From contig NC_042999.1 in assembly GCF_006345805.1 (NCBI RefSeq), positions 102,796,001 through 102,860,000 on the forward strand: a DNA stretch of 64,000 bases, written 5' to 3'. The DNA comes from Octopus sinensis. Its lineage: Eukaryota. A model generated the notes under the pieces. The model searched no databases. It saw only the letters and a list, made by a program, of their open reading frames with translations, and was not told the DNA's origin. Positions 38,099-51,230 of the stretch are shown here, in pieces. The translations under genes were made by a program, and so were the position numbers. Every line of letters begins with the position of its first letter. Positions within the stretch are counted from its first letter, which is position 1.

Positions 38099-38379
38099 CA
38101 TATATGTACATATATGGCTACACATATGTGCGTATATATATGTGCAGATCCATGAACAATAAAAGAAAAATAGGGACAATAAAAGAAAAGAGGCGGAAGA
38201 CAAGTCAATTGGATGTATATTAAATTAACGCCCAGTGAAAGTTTTTGGGTGAGAGAATAGGAGAAGGAATGACGTTTTGAGCATGGCTCTTCGTTGGATA
38301 TAGGAAAAAGTCCAGAGAAAGAAAAGGAGGAAGGAACCAATAGTCCGTAGAAAAGTACGTGTATTTGCATCAACAGGGG

Positions 38380-39470
38380 GAATAAAAAATTATCCCCACT
38401 TTTGCCTGCACTTTATTTAGGTTGGTTGCACTGATTTCTCTGCTCACGTGCTAATAGATGGTACTCTTGTGGTTATATAGCTAGTTTGACCTTTCTTGTG
38501 TTACAGAGTAAACATGGTCACCTCGCTCGTATCGTGCACCAACAAGAATAGGAATCAGTGATTCGATCTCTCTGGTCTAAAGGTCTGTGTCAGGGGCTGT
38601 AATTCATTGCGGGTTTTCAGAACAATACGGGGCCTGCGACACAGAAGTGTATATGAGTGGATCGAGAAGTTTTAAAATGGTGAGACGAGCGTGAAGCACG
38701 AACGCGAGTTTTAAAATGGTCCAGATAAGTGTGAAGCACAACTGACGTGATGACTCCACAAGCTCGGGAAATGGCTCAGGTGAACCGACAAGTAACCGTC
38801 GAGGAAGTGGTATGTTTTCTGCAAATTAGTTATGGTTCTACATACGAAGTCATCCACGACAAGCTTCGCTTCCATAAAGTCTGTGCGGATGGGTACCAAG
38901 AAATCTTACTGAAACGCATAAGCACAATCATAAAGAGATCTGTTAACCCTTACTCAATCGCTACGATGAAGGTGAAGCTATTTGGACAGAATAATCACAC
39001 AAGATGAGCCAGAATCTGAAAGGCAGAATATGGAGTAGAGACACCCGGAATTGCCAGCGAAAGAGAAACTCACGACTGAACCTTCCGCAGAAAAAATGAT
39101 GCCAACCGATGTTTGGAACGCAAAAAGGCCTATATTGGTACATTACCTGGAAAAGGGATCTATAGACACCCAGTATAGGCTAGAGTAAAATGCTGGCCAA
39201 CAACCTGAAGCCAGCAATCAACATCTCAACGCCGACATCTATTGTCAAAAGAAGTGTTATTGATGCTTGACAATACACGCCCACATACGTCCACCCAACA
39301 TCGTTGAAAATAAGGAAAAATGCGTTTTGTTTTACTGGAATACTCTGTATTCAGTCCAGGTCTTCTGCCTTACGATAATCACCTCTTTGAACCACTCAAG
39401 CATTTATTACGGGGTCATTGATTGGCTACGGACGAAGGAGTGCAGGAAGCGGTGCATAAATAGCTGCGCT
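38380..39470 (+). mobile_element. Mariner transposase relic
   Basis: HRSVYEWIEKF, RQVTVEEV..LQISYGSTYEVIHDKLRFHKVCA.WVP; heavily disrupted. Confidence 0.82.
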
Positions 39471-39744
39471 ACACTTGTGTTTGTGTGTGTGTGTGTATAT
39501 ATATGTATGTGTATCTGTATATTTATATATACAGATCTTTGTGTGTGTCTATATATATATATACATGTATGTACGTATGCATGTATGCATGTTGAAAGAT
39601 AAATTTTTGCAGATTATGTATATACATGCAAGTGTTGGAATTTAACATCCTGTTATTAAGTCTTTAATTACTGTGGATAATATAATATAATATAATATAA
39701 TATAATATAATATAATATAATATAATATAATATAATATAATATA

Positions 39745-39960
39745 CCGCCATGTTGATTCGTTAGCTCCTGCACGCATTTTTTTCTCTCCTTGTTTCTCTC
39801 CGTGTTTCTTTTCTTTGTATCTTTCTGTTGAAGAGCGTAGGCTCGAAACGTAAAAGACTTGTTTTATTTCTATTCCTGAGCGCCATACTAATACAATTGT
39901 TTGTTTGTACTCCACCTGCCTTCGTCTTTTGTTTATTTTCGTAAAGCTTCCTGTTATATA
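39745..39960 (+). mobile_element. Short PLE-type tail element with hammerhead-like motif, ending in (TA)n
   Basis: CTGTTGAAGAGCGTAGGCTCGAAACGTA; related copy at 60452-60660 (-). Confidence 0.65.
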
Positions 39961-40049
39961 TATATATATATATATCTTCGTGTGTATATGTGTGCATGTG
40001 TGTGTGTATGCATATATGTATATTAGGTGTTCTGGCGAAATGTGATGAT

Positions 40050-40310
40050 TTTTATATGGTTGTCTGAGAATTTCTTTGACTTCCCCAGCCTTAATTTCTG
40101 ACCTCCTAATCCCTCCACCCCGATTGTAATCCCCTGGATTACTATGCATGAGGTGCTTTTGAGAAAGACACCAACCGATCTGCTTGCAACACAAAGGCCG
40201 AGCTGGTGGCCAAGATCAAAGAGGTGTTCGAAGATATTCCCAGGAACACACGCCATGTTCCCGAGCCGTCTTGAGGCCGTGGTGGAAGCTGAGGATGGCT
40301 ACATTGAGTA
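40050..40310 (+). mobile_element. Tc1/mariner transposase C-terminal relic
   Basis: WLSENF..CNPLDYY..EKDTNR..NTKAELVAKIKEVF..SRLEAVVEAEDGYIE*. Confidence 0.8.
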
Positions 40311-40819
40311 AATTGTTATCTCTCACCCATAACCTAGTTGATATTTTTTGATGTTTTTTGAAATAATTTTATTTTTGGATGGGATAACGTGCTTGCATTC
40401 CTTTCTTTTTATGCAAACTGTCAAGTTGAGACCGAACACCTGTGTGTGTGTGTGTGTATGTATATGCATGAAAACGTACGCGCATCTGTGTAGAGCGCGC
40501 GCGTGTACACGTGCACAAATATATATATTACACATAGTTAATTATGTTACGAACTTCGTCAATTGAAGAAGGTAAGCATGTCGCAGTGTACCCGTTTTAC
40601 ATTTATAATCTTTGTGCTGTATCAGGTGGATTAATTAAATTTGGTGGGTGACATGGCCGGATGTAGGGAGCGTAGAAATTATAGTGATGGTAGTCTGGTG
40701 AGATGAGGATGATGATGATGATGGTTATGATCCTGATGAGTACAGTGTTGACTGATGACGATGACGATGACGATTTTGAATAGGGGTCTGTGGATAATAA
40801 TTTCCGTTTTAAATAATGA

Positions 40820-40990
<171 letters not shown>

Positions 40991-42048
40991 CTTCTTAATT
41001 ATGTTCACGAAACATACTATACAATAATCGTTAAATAGGAGACTTACAAAGACGTGAAAAGTAGTAAATTAGAGGGTGCATCAAAGACAAGTTTAACCTT
41101 TATAGAAAGCCTTCAAATAATTACACAGGATTTTAATTTTAAAAAAAACATACTCAATAATTACAATCGCATTTACCAGGAAACTTTCACAGCCCCAGTA
41201 TTACGCATCTTCTCTACAATACCTCGCCATATTTGCATAGTGCCTTTTAAGGCTAGAAAAACCCAGAGCCGTCCGTAAGGAGATCTTGTGTAAGAGCAGG
41301 CGAATAAGAGCTAAAGTCCTGTGTATAGTTGACAGGTAACACTTTGCAAATACTCTCGGCAATTTTACTAACATCGGTCTTATGTTTTTGTAGGATTCCA
41401 TCCTCTCCTCCTCTTCCAGAGAATGCTCGTGCCTTTCATGTGTTCTTGGTTGGCTTTCCGAAAGTGAAGTCCATTTCACTCGGGGAGGAGTTGGTCCTTC
41501 ATCACGGAAGATAAGCTGTTTTTCACTGGAGATAGACTCCTTCACGCCAGAGAAGTGTTCTACTTCCTCAAAGACGTGATCTTTTATCTTAAAAGACGAA
41601 TTCATTCTCACCAAAGAGGGTCTTTCTTCACGGTAGATATATTACTCCAATTACTTTTTGAAAGATTTTTGCTTTTTGTTTTTCCTTTTTCGCCATCCTC
41701 CACCAGGTTCCTCACACATGGATGAAGCACTACTACTCTTGAGAAGGATTATTTTGTAGTTCATTTTCCGCAGCTGTCGTTGCTGATGTGGATCACTCCT
41801 CTGTGTCTCTGCATTATCATTGTCGGTTGTTCGCGGAGTTACTAGGTTCCTTGTTCAAACTTCTGAAAATAAATACGAGTTCCAGAGAACCGACGTTCTG
41901 GAAGGGGTGTGTGTAGGGCAGGAATTAAGGCAAAGCCCGTGGTTTGTATACAAAAGTATGAGAATAGGCGAGTCGAGTAGATCTGGAATATTTAATCAGA
42001 AGTTGTATGATCCCAGTCAGTTGTGAGGAGCAGAGGACATTATCCTAC

Positions 42049-42087
<39 letters not shown>

Positions 42088-42679
42088 CAGAGAGAGAAAG
42101 AGAAAGAGAAAAAGAGAAAGAGGACAATGCATCATTAGACCAGAGACTAGAGAGTGTTTGTGAGTGGCTTACTCCCATGTAGTCGGATAGACCTTTTTCT
42201 AGAAGTAACCGAGAATATCAAGCCGACATCAGGACAAGTGCATTTGAGCAACCTAGTTTTACTATTAAGATATTTAGCAGAGAAAAAGAGTGAATGACCA
42301 CTTATAAAGTTTTAGAAGAAGGAGTAATGTGGTCTTTTGAAGGCCTTTGTAAATCTCGCTCAAAAAGACCACGTTTTTGTAGTCTCACGTCGCGTAGGAA
42401 CCTTTCGTTAAAGTTTTTATAGATTTCTGGTATAATAAGGCTTAATAAGATATAGTAGTTATGTGGATGGGTTCACCCATCACCTCTTATGTTTGTAAGA
42501 TTTCATTACGCCTTGCACATTCCATCACACCATTGTAGTCCAAAATGAAAACGGTGTTGAATTATGTGTTGAATCATAGACTCTCCCGTCGAAGAAGATG
42601 TATGAGCGTTCATCTTTTGCTGAACGACCCGCACAAATGATTTGTTTATAGCCATCAAATGTTTGTGCCGCATATTAGC

Positions 42680-42865
42680 TCACCCTCTGCATCAAATCGA
42701 CGTTGCTTGAACAGGTGCACCGTGTACCACGCATCAGGTGTCGAAGTGACCCTGCAGAACAACACGAGATTAAATATTTTGCTCAAGAACACAGCGCACC
42801 ACCCGGTCTAGGAATTGAAACTAAGATCTCACGATCGTGAGTGTAACTCCCTAACCAATAAGCTT
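42680..42865 (-). mobile_element. Third tRNA-derived SINE, degraded
   Basis: TGGTTAGGGAGTT..GATCGTGAGATCTTAGTTTCAATTCC..GTTCTTGAGCAAAA, a tRNA-like head followed by a CORE-like start. Confidence 0.55.
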
Positions 42866-42869
42866 TAAA

Positions 42870-43700
42870 ATAATGGGGACAAGGCTAGCCGGTTACATCG
42901 ATTCCAGTGCGTAAGTGGTAATTTTTTGATCTACCCCAAAAGGATGACGGTCAAAATCTACCTCGGTGGATTTTCAACTCAGAATGTAACGACAGATGAA
43001 ATGCTGCTAAGCATTATGTCCAGAATGCTAACGATTCTGCCAGCTTTATAATAATGGTTTCAAATTTTTGCACAAGGCCAGCAATTTCAGAGAAGGGGTA
43101 AGTCGATTACATCGACCCCCACTCCAGTGCTCTGCTGGTACTTATTTTATCGAGCTTAAAAGGGATGAAAAGCAAAGTCAATCTCAGCAGAATTTGAACT
43201 CAGAACGTAAAGACGGACGAAATGCCGCTAGGCTCACCACCTTGCAATCATAATAATAATCCTTTCTACTAAAGGTACAAGGCCTGAAATTTTGAGGGAG
43301 GAGACCAGTTGATTGTATCGATCCAAGTGTTTAACCGGTACCTAATTTATCCATCCCAAAAGGAAAAAGACAAAGTCAACACTGGCGGATTTTGAACTCA
43401 GAACATTAAGACGGACGAAATGCTGCTACGTATTTTGTCTGGCGTGCTAACGATTCTGCCAGCTCATTATTATTATTATCATTAATGATAATAATAATAA
43501 TTATGATAATAATAAGTTTTGTGAGGAGAAGACTAGTCGATTACAGAGATGCCAGTGTTTCACTGCTACTAAATTTATCGACTCCGAAAGGATGAATGGC
43601 AACATCCACCTCGGCAGAATTTGAACTCAGAACGTAGCGGCAGACGAAATACTGCTGAGCATTTCGTCCGGCGTGCTAGCGATTCTGTCAGCTCATCGCC

Positions 43701-43761
<61 letters not shown>

Positions 43762-44245
43762 GTGCTCATGGGAGCACTTATAATAATAGTGCTCATGGGA
43801 ACTGCTCATATCCTACGCAAAATACTCTCTATGTAATCTCAAGGTTTAAAACAAACATAATTTTCGGTTTAAAAAAAAAAAAAAAAAACTTTTTTTTTTT
43901 TTAGACATTCATTAGTACAACATCCCCACCCCCCAAATATATGGCACACTAGGTATAACAACAACATGAACTTCCAACCCTGTTGTCTCTTGAGGTCTCT
44001 GGGTGAGACTTGGAGCCAACTTGTACAAATATAAAGCAAAAGTCAAACATAGAATAATAATAATAATAATAATAATAATCCTTTCTATTATAAGTACAAG
44101 GCCTGAAATTTTGGGGGATGGGGTAAGTCAATTACATCGACTCCAGTGTTTCACCGGTACTTACTTTATCGACCCCGAAAGGATGAAAGGCAAGGTCGAT
44201 TCCGGCGGCATTTGAACTCAGAACGTGCCCGGCGCGCAAACGATT
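42870..44245 (-). mobile_element. Cluster of five SINE copies with varied tails and (ATT)n ends
   Basis: Copies at about 42870-43045, 43052-43245, 43255-43465, 43520-43702 and 44085-44245, all with the CTTTCATCCTTT/GTTCAAATTC body. Confidence 0.85.
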
Positions 44246-44253
44246 CTGCCTTA

Positions 44254-44319
<66 letters not shown>

Positions 44320-44661
44320 CAACAACAACAATAACCATAGTAATTTCTTTTCTTTGTCACAAGGGTATAGATGAGTTGGACTTCAGACAGACAGTCTACA
44401 AGTTGTGTGGAGGTCTACATAAAAGATGAAGAGAAAGAAAGGGGGAGAGAAGAGGATGAAATGAAGTAAAAGTTTACATAGTATACAGAGTATGTGATAA
44501 CAGGACGCAGTCCTCATGATAGAGGAGAAACTATAACTAGGGCCAATCTAGCAAATTCCACAGATCCAAGATTACTCCGATCACCAAAGGCATGAACCCT
44601 CGCACAACTGCTGTTCTCCAGCATGCTTAGAGTAGGTCCCCCCACCCTCGCCAAATATATA

Positions 44662-45184
44662 CCATAAATCTTCGAGTATAGTCCGCCCTTGAGTATAATA
44701 CGCAGGGGATTTTCAGGGGGCTGTGCCTCTGAAAAACCTAAACCTTGTGTATAATACGTACTCCTCTAACTTGAGTCGTGCGTATTTAAGCCAGCAGCAC
44801 CTAGTCGAACAAACACTTCCATGCATGCGTAATACAATAATGGTGATGTTCTCAACTGTTATCTGGGAATGTAAATATGTTTGCAAATTGTTTTTGTTAT
44901 ATGTTATTCTGTGTTCTGAATATTTTTATTTTAATAAATGTTGCTTACTGCAACATGATTATGGATGATTCTTTTATGACTTCATTGCTTTCAGGCTTAG
45001 CTGAAGGTATTTTCGCGCCCGACATCACAAAATGCGTCTGAATAAACATTACCGGATAGCAAATAGAGACTCAGACATTGCTTAGAAAATATTTTTTATT
45101 TTTAATCTCGTATATAGTACGCACTAGGGATTTTGATCTTTAAATTTTGGAAAAAAAATGCGGATTATACTCGAGGATTTACGG
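44662..45184. mobile_element. Tc1/pogo-type MITE
   Basis: TIRs CC(A/G)TAAATC(T/C)TCGAGTATA(G/A)TCCGC at both ends, flanked by TA. Confidence 0.8.
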
Positions 45185-45730
45185 TACTACAGTCACCTAT
45201 GAAATTCACTGGGAGGTTTCACTTCCAAATAATAATGCTTTTTGATAATCGATTTAAGTGAACTCTCTATACTTGATTGAAAACCTATTCTACCGATCAC
45301 GGCATTATAAAGATGGTGTTGATGATGATAGTGGTGGTGGGGGTGAGGGGAGTTGAGTCTGACAGATTTGACTGATAAACTGTCAGCACAATAAACAGAG
45401 CGTATTCGGTTCCATTAATCGAAAAAGAAAAAAAACAAAAATGCAAGACCTTTGTGAAATCAAAGATTAATTTTCACCTCCCTCCCAGCTTTGAACAAAG
45501 GTGCGTGCGTGCGTGTGTGAGTGTGTGTGTCAGAGTCCACATGTGTATGTGAATGTATGTATGGGCATATATGTATTAAGTATATGTATATATATATTTA
45601 TCCTCATACGCACAATATACATACACAAATATATCCATATATCTATACATATGCATACACATACATATATGTACTGAATGTATTACACACGTACATACAC
45701 ACGCTCACACCCACACACACACACACACAC

Positions 45731-45814
<84 letters not shown>

Positions 45815-45962
45815 ATCTGTGTGTGTGTGTGAGTGTGTGTATGTATGTATATGCGCGGTTTCTTGTTTAAACCTATGCATGAGTATATGCTTATATACCA
45901 AAATATTTGTATACATACACATGTACATATATTCATACACGTATACATATATATGTATTTAT

Positions 45963-46013
<51 letters not shown>

Positions 46014-46760
46014 TACATACATACACACGCACACAGATATATAGGTATATATATATATACATGCAAAATATATTTACATGTATGTATACACATACATATA
46101 CATACACATTCAAATATATATATACATATATATATATGATCCACTTCTGCAGAAAGACCACGGATCTTTTCATCTGTACACCGTCAACAGCACAAGCTTG
46201 GAATTCTTTTCAACGAAATTGAAAGTTTAATTAGTTTCCGACAGGATTTCAAACCGACAACAATATTAGAATATTACAGTTTTTTTCTTTGAATTCCTAT
46301 TTTCTATCTCTGATCTTACAATTTTAGAATATTTTTCTACACAGGTGTCTATCTACTTCATATATATATATATATAGTATACTTTAGTGTTATAAGTTAA
46401 TAGTAATGAACAATATTAACAACAAAGGCAAGTTGCATCTAATATAAAGTGAATAATGAATCAAATGGAAGAAAAGGTGGAATGATATTAAGAAAGGAAG
46501 ATATATGTACCATCATACACGTCTTATGTGTATTATTTGAGGATCTAATTTTTGTGCCGAATGTGGAATATGGTTTATGAAGCTGGAAAATGAGGGGAAA
46601 TGTAATTTTAAAAATAATATTATCAAAATAATTATAAAAAATACCATTTAACTATTCATTACGAAATGATATATTTACCTATTTATTTGCCGAAGATTTA
46701 AACTTTTACAGATTACAAAATGGATAGATATACATACTGATAAAGATATTACAATATCAG

Positions 46761-46837
<77 letters not shown>

Positions 46838-46941
46838 TACACACACACATACATACACCATACATACATATACACATAGACACGCGCACACACACACAAG
46901 CACGCACATCTATGTAAATCTGGATAGAACAAACACCTCCA

Positions 46942-46978
<37 letters not shown>

Positions 46979-47302
46979 ATATATATACACATGTACATAT
47001 ACACACATATATAACATACGTTTAACTTGTTTAATAAGGTATATAGATAATTAAATAAATAGCTCGATAGTAAGGTAGATTGTTAGATAGGTAGCTAGAT
47101 AATGAGATAAATTGATAATTAGTTAGACAGGTAGCTAGCTATAGCTAGATGGATGGGAATGGAGTAGGGAGGTTTAAACGACAAAATTGTACAGGAAGTT
47201 ACAATCTATCGTAGTTTTGCTGATAACGAGGGGAACGTTTGTCAGAATTTCCGGTCCTATATTGGCTTCAACAGAACTTCTATTAACAAAAAGAAGACGA
47301 AG

Positions 47303-47304
<2 letters not shown>

Positions 47305-47390
<86 letters not shown>
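47305..47390. repeat. (GA)n tract about 65 bp upstream of the aquaporin ATG
   Basis: Directly visible. Confidence 0.95.
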
Positions 47391-47396
<6 letters not shown>

Positions 47397-47454
47397 TGAG
47401 AGAGAAAATAGAAAGGAAAGCAAAAGAAGATACGGAGAAGAAATAATAGCCAAG

Positions 47455-47550
47455 ATGCCACTAACTAAGAAAATTCGATACAATTTAAGAATACACAATG
47501 AGTTGGTCAGGGAAATGTTAGCTGAATTCCTTGGAACCTTCGTGCTTGGT
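47455..47550 (+). CDS. Aquaglyceroporin (AQP3/7/9-like) first coding exon
   Basis: MPLTKKIRYNLRIHNELVREMLAEFLGTFVLG matches the aquaglyceroporin N-terminus/TM1 (LxIxxxLxRxxLAExLGTxxL). It ends at a strong phase-0 donor GTAAGT, the intron-1 position I recall for vertebrate AQP3. Later exons not found. Confidence 0.82.
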
Positions 47551-47626
47551 GTAAGTAGAAATTTTTTTTCAATGTGTTCATTATATATCATTTATGTGTG
47601 TATGTGTGTACATGTGCATATTATAG

Positions 47627-47659
<33 letters not shown>

Positions 47660-48120
47660 GTGTGTGGTGGTGTGTGGTGTGTGTGTGTGGGTATGTATAT
47701 ATATATATATATGTATATATTTTGGGAACAGTGGGACTCGAAGCACTCACAAAGCTATAAATAATAGTGGGCAAATGCTGGGTTGGAAAACCGTTTTTGA
47801 ATTGAAACGTCGAAGGCTTCTATCCAAAGCGGTTTTTCAACTCATTTACATGCTATTATTTATAGCTTTATATGTGCTTCGAGATTCACAGTTTCAAAGA
47901 AAAATATTTTCATTGTTCTCTCAATAGTTCATAAATTCTTATGAGGTCAACACATACATATATCTGCGGGTGTGTGAGTATATGTGCTTTGTATGTGCTT
48001 TATGTGTGGTTTGTATGTATATGCGTAGAGATATACATACATACATACATACATACATACATACATACATACATACAAACATACATACATACATACATAC
48101 ATACATACATAAATATATTA

Positions 48121-48153
<33 letters not shown>

Positions 48154-49618
48154 CGTGTGTGTGTACTTATATATATATTTCATATTTGATGTCTGTGTGT
48201 GCGTGAGTGTTTGTGTGTGCATGTCCGTATGTGTTTAATTTAAATTTTAATTATTCTGTTCCTGGTTTTAATCATACTGGCTTTCCAAGGTTGTGCTCAA
48301 TTGTATTGGATCTAGTATTTATTTTATATTGTTATCGAGAAATGTGAAGTTGACACATATGACGGGCTTCATTCAGTTTCTGTCGACTAAATCCACTCGC
48401 GGCATAAAGACAGACGAAATGCTGCAGCATTTTATTGATTTCTAGAGTGCTAGTTAAGAAAGCTTTATAGGAAACTTCTTTTCAAGATTGTTTAAGACTC
48501 ATCTTCTTTGCAGATGAGACTCAAAAACCTGTCTGGTGGAAAAATAAAGGGAAAAGTGTCAGAGAAAGCCTCGAGAGGACTATGGAAACAATTTTCCCCC
48601 CTCAGTTATCGTTTTATAAACTTCAAATATTACTTGAATAGAAAGTTAGTGGCTGGTAGAAACACAGCATTTCGTTATGCAACCATAATATACAATAAAG
48701 TATATTAAATATTTTTATATGTCAATACTGTGTTCTGCTGTGTTAGCAGTGCGATTTACATCACTTGTTAAGGTTATCGTATCGCTACAGATACTCTATA
48801 GAAATTATAGTTAGCATGTAACAAAATTAGTGCTGTCTATAATTTCTATAGAATGTTTGTAGAGATAACCTTGACAAGTTTTGAATAGAAAGGTGAGGGT
48901 AGAGAAGTGGTAAAATCCAGTAAATTTGCTGAAAATTTTAGGTTACTGAGGCTACTTTGAACAAGGCAGCTACAGCCAGTAGAACATATTTGGGAGATGG
49001 TGCTTACGTACTCTGGGAAATTTGTATTATATCGGGTCCCCTGATTGTTCCTATTATATATATATGCTCTCCTTTTAGCCATGTATCTGTCTTAGTAGAA
49101 AGAACAAAAATATGCACCTCGCAGAGAGAAGAGAGAAACTTCTCTGCAGAAAGACTTTATTAATCTAAAATAGATTCTGGTAATGGTAAAACTAGAATTT
49201 TATGAATTTCCGATTATAAGAATACTTAAAAAAAAACAGCTTCTACTACATCGTTGTTGTCGCAATCCAATGGCTTAGAGGGAATATATTTGCATTCTTA
49301 ATTACTTTATAAAATTGCAATTATAATTATATATTATTTCCCAGCCAAGGCTTTCTAATGTTTAGATTTAATTCAGTTTGTCTGATGTTCGCTGTGCTGT
49401 TTATTATACATTACACACACACACACATACACACACACACACAACACACACACACACACACACAATAAATGAAAAATGTATTGTAAGTAAACCACAGGTA
49501 AAAAACGTACAACGTATATTGAGTGTACAACGGGGTGGGAGACAGAAGCAGAGGGTCCCTAATTCTTCATCAGTTATCAGCCAGATGATATTGCCCAGTT
49601 TCGCACCTTCATTGATAT

Positions 49619-50040
49619 GACTGAGAACTTCCAATGCTGGCGGTGCCCGCGAATGTTGCGGAAATATAGGGCTGAGAGCAAACAAAACAATAGTGTGGAC
49701 ATACGAAGGTGAATAAATGTAATTTAAGATGATGGACAGAGACGAAACACACAAGAAACAAGTAAAATATAGCCTTAGGGCCAAAAAGACAAAAACGGTG
49801 GGTAACGCTTAGAAAGCATCCTGAAGGATTAGAAAATAACAAGTAGCAAGACAGTGGGGCACAGACAATTGACGACCGGTCAACTACGCAACCGGTGGGA
49901 AAAAGGGAGAGAAAGGTGGAGGGCAATGATAAGACTGAGAACTTTCCATGCTGGTGTTGCCCGCGAAGGTTGTAGAGAATATAGGGCCGAGAGCAAACAA
50001 AATAATAGAGTGAACATACGAAGGTGAATAAACGTAATTT
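49619..50040. repeat. Direct repeat pair of about 108 bp (49619-49725, 49933-50040)
   Basis: GACTGAGAACTT..ACATACGAAGGTGAATAAA(T/C)GTAATTT occurs twice, period 314 bp. Confidence 0.85.
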
Positions 50041-50820
50041 ATATATCAGATTACTTTGTTTCCTATCAATGTTTCCTATCGTACTCGAATTAGTTCGTCA
50101 ACCATTTTTAAACTTTCCATGTAATGTTCCCCGTGTGTCACCCTTGTAGCTCATTCTGCCAATTCACTGACTTCAACGTATTTCATAACTATAACTGATC
50201 CACCTTCAAGACTGACAATGTTGCTTCTACAATAGTATATAGATACAATCCTAATAACGACCGACTATGCAGCAGCAATGGCTACTGTATAACGAGTATC
50301 TTAATAACATAAAACAGTTTGCAGATCGTACATGATTTTTATGAATGTACTGTAGTTATAGAACTGTAAGTAGCAACATTAAACTCAATGACGTAGAACA
50401 TGGATATAAGAAAGAGTATTTTCTTCTGTAAAACACATTAAGTCGAAATATAACATCCGTTTATTGTCATGAATCCAAAGTACTAGTTTTTCAAAGCTCA
50501 TGAGACTAATAGTTTGAAGGTATATTTAATTTAGATATACAATTAAATGATGTCTTATGTTTAAACATTTAATACAATATATAATAATGTTTTAAAATTT
50601 CGTAACATAAGCAGAAGCACTCAAATTTTAGAGGAGGATATAGACGATAGTGATTCTGAATAGTATCTTATTTTATCAACCCCAGATGACTAAAAGACAA
50701 AGCCGGCTCTGGTTGGGTTTCAAACCAGAACGTAATTGGCGGTAACTGAATACGACGTCGTTTTGTCTAACGCTGTAACATTTCTGTCAATCCGAAAAAT
50801 ATTGATTTTCAATATTGGAA

Positions 50821-51230
50821 AGCAAGGTGGCGAGCTGAATCGTTATCACGCTTAGTATCATTTTTTTCCGTTTCTACGTTCTGAATGCAAATTCCGCCGA
50901 GATCGACTTGGTGCCTGTGAGGATGGTGGTGTTAGAGAGTTAGGGGCAAGTGCAGCAGCGTGTACGGGAGCAGGGGAGCGAGCCAGGCTGGAGAAATGGG
51001 GTTCAGGAAGAAACTGTGGACCAGGAGGACATGTAGGTTGTGGGCTCATTTGAAGGTAGGAAGGGGTAGGCTGGAGAAGATGTGCGAGGTGGAGGGGTTG
51101 TTTTATAGAACCCTTCAAGATCTATAAAACAAGTACCAGTTAAGCATTGAGGTCGATATAGTCGACTTACCTATTTCCCCGAAATTACTGGCCTTGTACC
51201 GAAATTTGAAATCAATACTGGAAGAACACA
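50821..51230 (+). mobile_element. SINE interrupted by a PLE fragment (50910-51097, minus strand)
   Basis: SINE halves flank an insert translating QPGSLPCSRTRCCTCP*LSNTTILTG, matching the PLE at 54200-54255. Confidence 0.7.

Noticed and set aside
48501-48600. TTTGCAG acceptor-like site as aquaporin exon 2
   Set aside because: The phase-0 translation (MRLKNLSGG..) has no aquaporin similarity. The acceptor-like site at 62483 (AEPVCGL..) fails the same way.
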